Positions 59,943 to 64,000 of a stretch of DNA of 64,000 nt are shown one piece after another. Below the pieces are notes generated by a model. The model searched no databases, had not been told where the DNA came from, and was given only the letters and a program-made list of their open reading frames with translations. Source of the DNA: Anaerostipes sp. (lineage in GTDB: Bacteria > Bacillota > Clostridia > Lachnospirales > Lachnospiraceae); NCBI GenBank assembly GCA_028697725.1, contig JAQVEG010000001.1:167516-231515 (forward strand), read 5' to 3'. Made by a program: the position numbers and the translations under genes. Each line of letters starts with the position of its first letter. Within the stretch, counting starts at the first letter, position 1.

Positions 59943-60467
59943 GACGACAAAGATACCTACAAGACAATAGCAAGTGTTGACAATAAAGTGACACCAGAAA
60001 AGAATGTAAGTCCGTTTACCATAATGGAAAACAACAAGGAAATCAAACAGGAAAATACCTTGTATGAAACTACAACTTCTAAGGATCAGACCACTGTTAC
60101 ACACAGTTATATGTATAAACTAGGATATGTCAGAGATTTAGAGTGGACAAATGAGGCAAAGACGGTTTCTTATAAAGGTACCTTCCATGCATATTTACAG
60201 GCAGTTGCAACTGTTGTGACCCAAAATGGAACATCTGCAACAACATATAGTTATGAGTTGATTCTTCCAGATATCACAGACAGTGATTCATTAAAATTTA
60301 TTGATGGTGTTGCACATCGTTATACGGATTCAGTGCAGGTAAAAGGAGAGGCAGCAGATGCCAACCGTTATGGAGATACTTATACAAGGCAGTGGAGAAG
60401 AACTGTAGAAGAAGACAAAGATGCAGGTATTATTTATGGAACTGAGATAAGTGAAATAAAGGAATAA
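59943..60467 (+). pseudogene. C-terminal segment of the giant pilin-like gene, cut off by the in-frame TAG at 59940-59942
   Basis: Same frame as 51081; open from 59943 (DDKDTYKTIASVDNKVTPEK...) to TAA 60467; no RBS before the GTG at 59988. Confidence 0.7.
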
Positions 60468-60489
60468 ACAAAGGATAGAAGGTGAAGTC

Positions 60490-61065
60490 ATGAAAAGGAC
60501 AATGAAGAAAAATGAAAATAAAGGGGCAGCAATTATTATTGTATTGTGTGTGCTTTGTATCTTTATGGCATTGTCCTTATCTATGATTTTTATGTCATTT
60601 CAGGTGTTAAATAATGCTCAGAAATCTTCTACTAAGGAGCAAAGTAAAATATCAGCAGTCACATTTAATGACACATTGAAGCAAGAGATTATTAGTGAGA
60701 AAGGTATTTTAGGATATGATACTGGAAAGGCCCCTGAAAATGTACGCCAATATATTTATCAGCAGATTAGTGAAAATAAATGGCCTTACTACAATACGGC
60801 TGAGCCAGGACATGGAAAGTATGATGACACTATGCGTGATTTAACAATCTCCATTCCAGAAACGAAAACACCAAATATGGGAACCGTAAAAGCAAAAATG
60901 TACTGGGAAAGTTCTGAAGATGAAAGTGATATGTCCAATGTGATTTTAGTGACGTCAGTAACTGCCACATTTCGGAAGCAAAGTTATACTGTAAAAACCC
61001 AGTATGAATTGCAGAAAGATTCGGCAGATAATTGGAAGTGGACAGTGACTTGGGATGCAGATTAG
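60490..61065 (+). CDS. Minor pilin-like protein (PilX/GspK-type N-terminus)
   Basis: NKG|AAIIIVLCVLCIFMALSLSM: basic leader, Gly, hydrophobic helix, no Glu5. Confidence 0.7.
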   Translation: MKRTMKKNENKGAAIIIVLCVLCIFMALSLSMIFMSFQVLNNAQKSSTKEQSKISAVTFNDTLKQEIISEKGILGYDTGKAPENVRQYIYQQISENKWPYYNTAEPGHGKYDDTMRDLTISIPETKTPNMGTVKAKMYWESSEDESDMSNVILVTSVTATFRKQSYTVKTQYELQKDSADNWKWTVTWDAD

Positions 61066-61075
61066 GAGGTGTGCC

Positions 61076-61414
61076 ATGAAAAATCAAAAAGGTATGACAA
61101 TGGTTGAAGTAATGGTTGCATTTGTGATTTTACTTTTAGGAATTGCCTTCTTATATCGCTCTACTTTGTTTTCTTTAAATCAGGCAAAGATGGCACAGGA
61201 AATACAAAAGCATTCAGATGATTCCTATGCAGATTATTATAATAAAGCAGGAAGTTCATCAACAGAGAAAACAACAGAGATTTCAATTTCAGCAAAAGAC
61301 GGGAACACGAATATTACATGGCAGATGCCCATAAAGTTTGGAACTGCAGTGAGCAGTGAATCAAAGGGAGGAATTTATATTTATTTCTTCCAGTTGCCAG
61401 GAGGTGAATCATGA
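61076..61414 (+). CDS. Minor type IV pilin (PilV-like)
   Basis: MKNQKG|MTMVEVMVAFVILLLG; GGAGG RBS before ATG 61076. Confidence 0.8.
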   Translation: MKNQKGMTMVEVMVAFVILLLGIAFLYRSTLFSLNQAKMAQEIQKHSDDSYADYYNKAGSSSTEKTTEISISAKDGNTNITWQMPIKFGTAVSSESKGGIYIYFFQLPGGES

Positions 61415-62040
61415 AAAGAATTTTAAAATTCATGAAGTTAAATCAAGGAATGACCTTAGTGGAGTTGATTGTAACCTTTGCAATTCTGGGGATTCTTATG
61501 ACAGCAACCATTGCAACTCTGTCTCCTGCTATGAATGTATTTCAAAAAGTAAGTGCTATGAGCCGAGGACAAAGTGTGGCAAGTATTCTTCTTGACAAAA
61601 TTGGAAGTGAAGTAGAGACGGCAACTGGAAATGTATCCATTGGAAATACTGCCAATGGAACAGTCCTTGGGGAAAATACATCAGGCTCTTATATCTCTTA
61701 TCTTGATAAAGATGGGCAGGAGGTTGTTATGTATGCAGGACCAAACACATCATCTTCCGCAGAAAAAAACACAGAGACAACTTTGCAGATTCACTACAAC
61801 AAAACATTGAACCTAAAAGAAGGAATTGACTGGTATTTTTCTAAGGAAACTTATATGAATGAAAAGATTACAAGTCTAACATTCCAGCGAATTAAAAATA
61901 CTACACGCATTCGTATTTATCTAGCATTGGAAAATACTAGGACAGGAACAACTTACGAAAGAACCAAAGTGGTAGATTGTTTTAAACTAGATGATTCAAG
62001 TTTTTTAAAAGAAGGAAAACTCCCTGGATTAACCTATTAG
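61411..62040 (+). CDS. Minor type IV pilin (PilW-like)
   Basis: NQG|MTLVELIVTFAILGILM; ATGA overlap with the upstream pilin. Confidence 0.82.
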   Translation: MKRILKFMKLNQGMTLVELIVTFAILGILMTATIATLSPAMNVFQKVSAMSRGQSVASILLDKIGSEVETATGNVSIGNTANGTVLGENTSGSYISYLDKDGQEVVMYAGPNTSSSAEKNTETTLQIHYNKTLNLKEGIDWYFSKETYMNEKITSLTFQRIKNTTRIRIYLALENTRTGTTYERTKVVDCFKLDDSSFLKEGKLPGLTY

Positions 62041-62111
62041 AAAGATTAGATTTATAATTGTTACGAAAGTGTGAAATTACTGATAAACTCAACGAATTAT
62101 AAGGTTTTTTG

Positions 62112-62140
62112 TTGATTTTTAGAAAGCAAGGAGTTATAAT
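62112..62140 (+). promoter_or_regulatory. Sigma-A promoter of the major pilin gene
   Basis: TTGATT-17 bp-TATAAT. Confidence 0.7.
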
Positions 62141-62190
62141 AAAGGAGTAAATAAATTATACCAACATATTCATAAACAAGGGGGAGAATT

Positions 62191-62595
62191 ATGTTAACTA
62201 AATTACAAGAGTTACGAAAAAGCAAGAAAAAAGGGTTTACATTAGTTGAATTAATCGTAGTATTGGTTATTTTAGCTATCTTGATTGCATTGTTAGTGCC
62301 AGCGTTAACTGGTTACATTGACAAAGCAAAAGAAAAATCAGTTGCTGCAGATGCGAGAATGATGCTAGAAGCAGTGCAAACAGAGGAATCAGATGCATAT
62401 GCTAAGTCGTCTAAAGGTGGTTATGCAGTAAAAACAGATGCAACACCAACAGCTGCTATGAATACACTAGCTGAACAAGAAACATCAACATATACTTCTT
62501 GTAAATACAATACAAATGATAAAGGCAAGGTTACAGAGATGACCTATGTTAAAGATGGACATACGGCAAAGTGGACTGGTACAGCGTGGGAATAA
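62191..62595 (+). CDS. Probable major type IV pilin
   Basis: KKG|FTLVELIVVLVILAILIALLVPALTGYI; 134 aa; own promoter and terminator (about 62610-62643). Confidence 0.88.
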   Translation: MLTKLQELRKSKKKGFTLVELIVVLVILAILIALLVPALTGYIDKAKEKSVAADARMMLEAVQTEESDAYAKSSKGGYAVKTDATPTAAMNTLAEQETSTYTSCKYNTNDKGKVTEMTYVKDGHTAKWTGTAWE

Positions 62596-62821
62596 GTTAA
62601 TGAATAGTGATAGGAGCAAACTTTTGTTTGCTCTTATTTTTTGTCTATGGATAGGGTTCATTGATATTGTACTTTTTTTGTTTTTTCAAGTATTTTACAA
62701 TGATAACATGGACTTTTTTGTCAATCTCCGTTATAGTAGATTCAATGGCGTGAATTTAGGGGCATCAATGTACGAAGAATGCGTACGTATTACTTTAATT
62801 AATACAGTGGAGGAACATGAA

Positions 62822-64000
62822 ATGCTAAGAATGACAAAAGAAGAACTAAAAAAGGAAATTGTAAATCAAGTGAAGTATCGTTTTCGTAAGAATATTAAAG
62901 ATGCTTCAAAACAGGAAATCTATCAAGGAATCTGTTATGCATTAAAAGAGACAATCGTTGATGATTGGATGGAAACACAGAATAGATATATAGAGGAACA
63001 TGCAAAGACAGTCTATTATCTTTCAATGGAATTCTTAATGGGAAGAGCTTTAGGCAATAACTTAATTAATTTAGCTGCATATGAAGAAGTTGCAGAGCTA
63101 ATTGAAGAATTTGGTGTTGGTGATATTTATGAGATTGAAGATCAAGAGCCAGATGCAGCACTTGGAAATGGTGGACTAGGACGTCTTGCAGCGTGCTTTA
63201 TGGACTCTTTGGCAACACTTGGATATCCAGCATATGGATGTGGAATTAGATACCGTTATGGTATGTTCCAGCAAAAGATTGAGGATGGTTACCAAAAGGA
63301 GATGCCAGATAACTGGTTAGTACATGGAAATCCATTTGAGATTGAACGTCCAGAATATGCAGTGGAGATTAAGTTTGGTGGAAGAATTGACACAACTTAT
63401 GATGATGAAGGAAGAATGAATTTCTCACATCATGATTATGAAAGTATTCTTGCAGTGCCATATGATATGCCAGTGACTGGATATAAGAATGGAATTGTAA
63501 ATTCACTTCGTATTTGGGATGCAAGACCAATCAAGAGTTTTGATCTTGATTCTTTTGATCGTGGAAATTATGCACAGGCAAGAGAATGGAAAAACAATGC
63601 AAGAAGTATTGTAGAAGTATTATATCCTAATGACAATCACTACACAGGAAAAGTGCTTCGTTTAAAACAACAATATTTCTTCGTATCTGCAAGTATTCAA
63701 ACTGCAGTGAATAAATATATGTATTTACAGCCACATGATCACATCTTTGGACTTGCTGACAAAGTATGTTTCCAATTAAACGATACACATCCAACGGTTG
63801 CAGTTGGAGAATTAATGAGAATATTACTAGATGAGTATCAATTAGAATGGGATCAGGCATGGGCAATCACAACAAAGTGTTGTGCTTATACAAACCATAC
63901 AATTATGGCAGAAGCATTGGAAAAATGGCCAATTGAGATGTTCTCTTCATTACTTCCAAGAGTTTACCAGATTATCGAAGAGATTCATCGTAGATTCTCA
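62822..64000 (+). CDS. glgP: Glycogen/starch phosphorylase, 3'-partial (absent from the ORF track)
   Basis: GGAGG RBS, then ATG CTA AGA ATG ACA...; YYLSMEFLMGRALGNN, LGNGGLGRLAACFMDSLAT, LYPND, LRLKQQYF, QLNDTHP, AYTNHT; frame runs off the window end. Confidence 0.95.
   Translation, partial: MLRMTKEELKKEIVNQVKYRFRKNIKDASKQEIYQGICYALKETIVDDWMETQNRYIEEHAKTVYYLSMEFLMGRALGNNLINLAAYEEVAELIEEFGVGDIYEIEDQEPDAALGNGGLGRLAACFMDSLATLGYPAYGCGIRYRYGMFQQKIEDGYQKEMPDNWLVHGNPFEIERPEYAVEIKFGGRIDTTYDDEGRMNFSHHDYESILAVPYDMPVTGYKNGIVNSLRIWDARPIKSFDLDSFDRGNYAQAREWKNNARSIVEVLYPNDNHYTGKVLRLKQQYFFVSASIQTAVNKYMYLQPHDHIFGLADKVCFQLNDTHPTVAVGELMRILLDEYQLEWDQAWAITTKCCAYTNHTIMAEALEKWPIEMFSSLLPRVYQIIEEIHRRFS

Noticed and set aside
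2180-63866. Many short opposite-strand or alternate-frame ORFs in the track (for example 2180-2578, 6333-6608, 7758-8096, 34380-34748, 45421-45932, 52084-58230 and 63627-63866)
   Set aside because: They lie inside well-supported genes, lack RBSs and recognisable motifs, and read as shadow ORFs.

Overview
Low-GC Bacillota chromosomal segment; the gene content and style suggest Lachnospiraceae (inference). Housekeeping and metabolic genes: an ABC importer operon with glgA inside it, dinB, ppdK, a GGDEF cyclase, a sucrose PTS operon (scrRABK), a PucR-symporter-amidase module, aspS, a Bce-like two-component system plus ABC module, two TPP-riboswitch thiamine operons, a MATE pump and a partial glgP. 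Three accessory features stand out. (1) A decayed prophage lysogeny module at tRNA-Glu(CTC), about 4.4-11.3 kb. Between the integrase and a cI-like repressor lies an array of cargo genes separated by near-identical 50-73 bp repeats. One cargo gene is a DUF3644-like HEPN (RxxxxH) protein flanked on both sides by promoter-bearing structured non-coding RNAs, a candidate RNA-antitoxin defence system. (2) An Rpn-family nuclease with an internal RBS and ATG, next to a Tet/EF-G-like GTPase fused to a YacP/Rae1-like NYN nuclease. (3) A pilin-only type IV pilus locus headed by a giant (about 3,100 aa) protein with a class III signal peptide and more than 30 GLUG-like repeats, interrupted by one in-frame amber codon. 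No CRISPR array or rRNA was seen. Family assignments come from motif recognition, not database searches.
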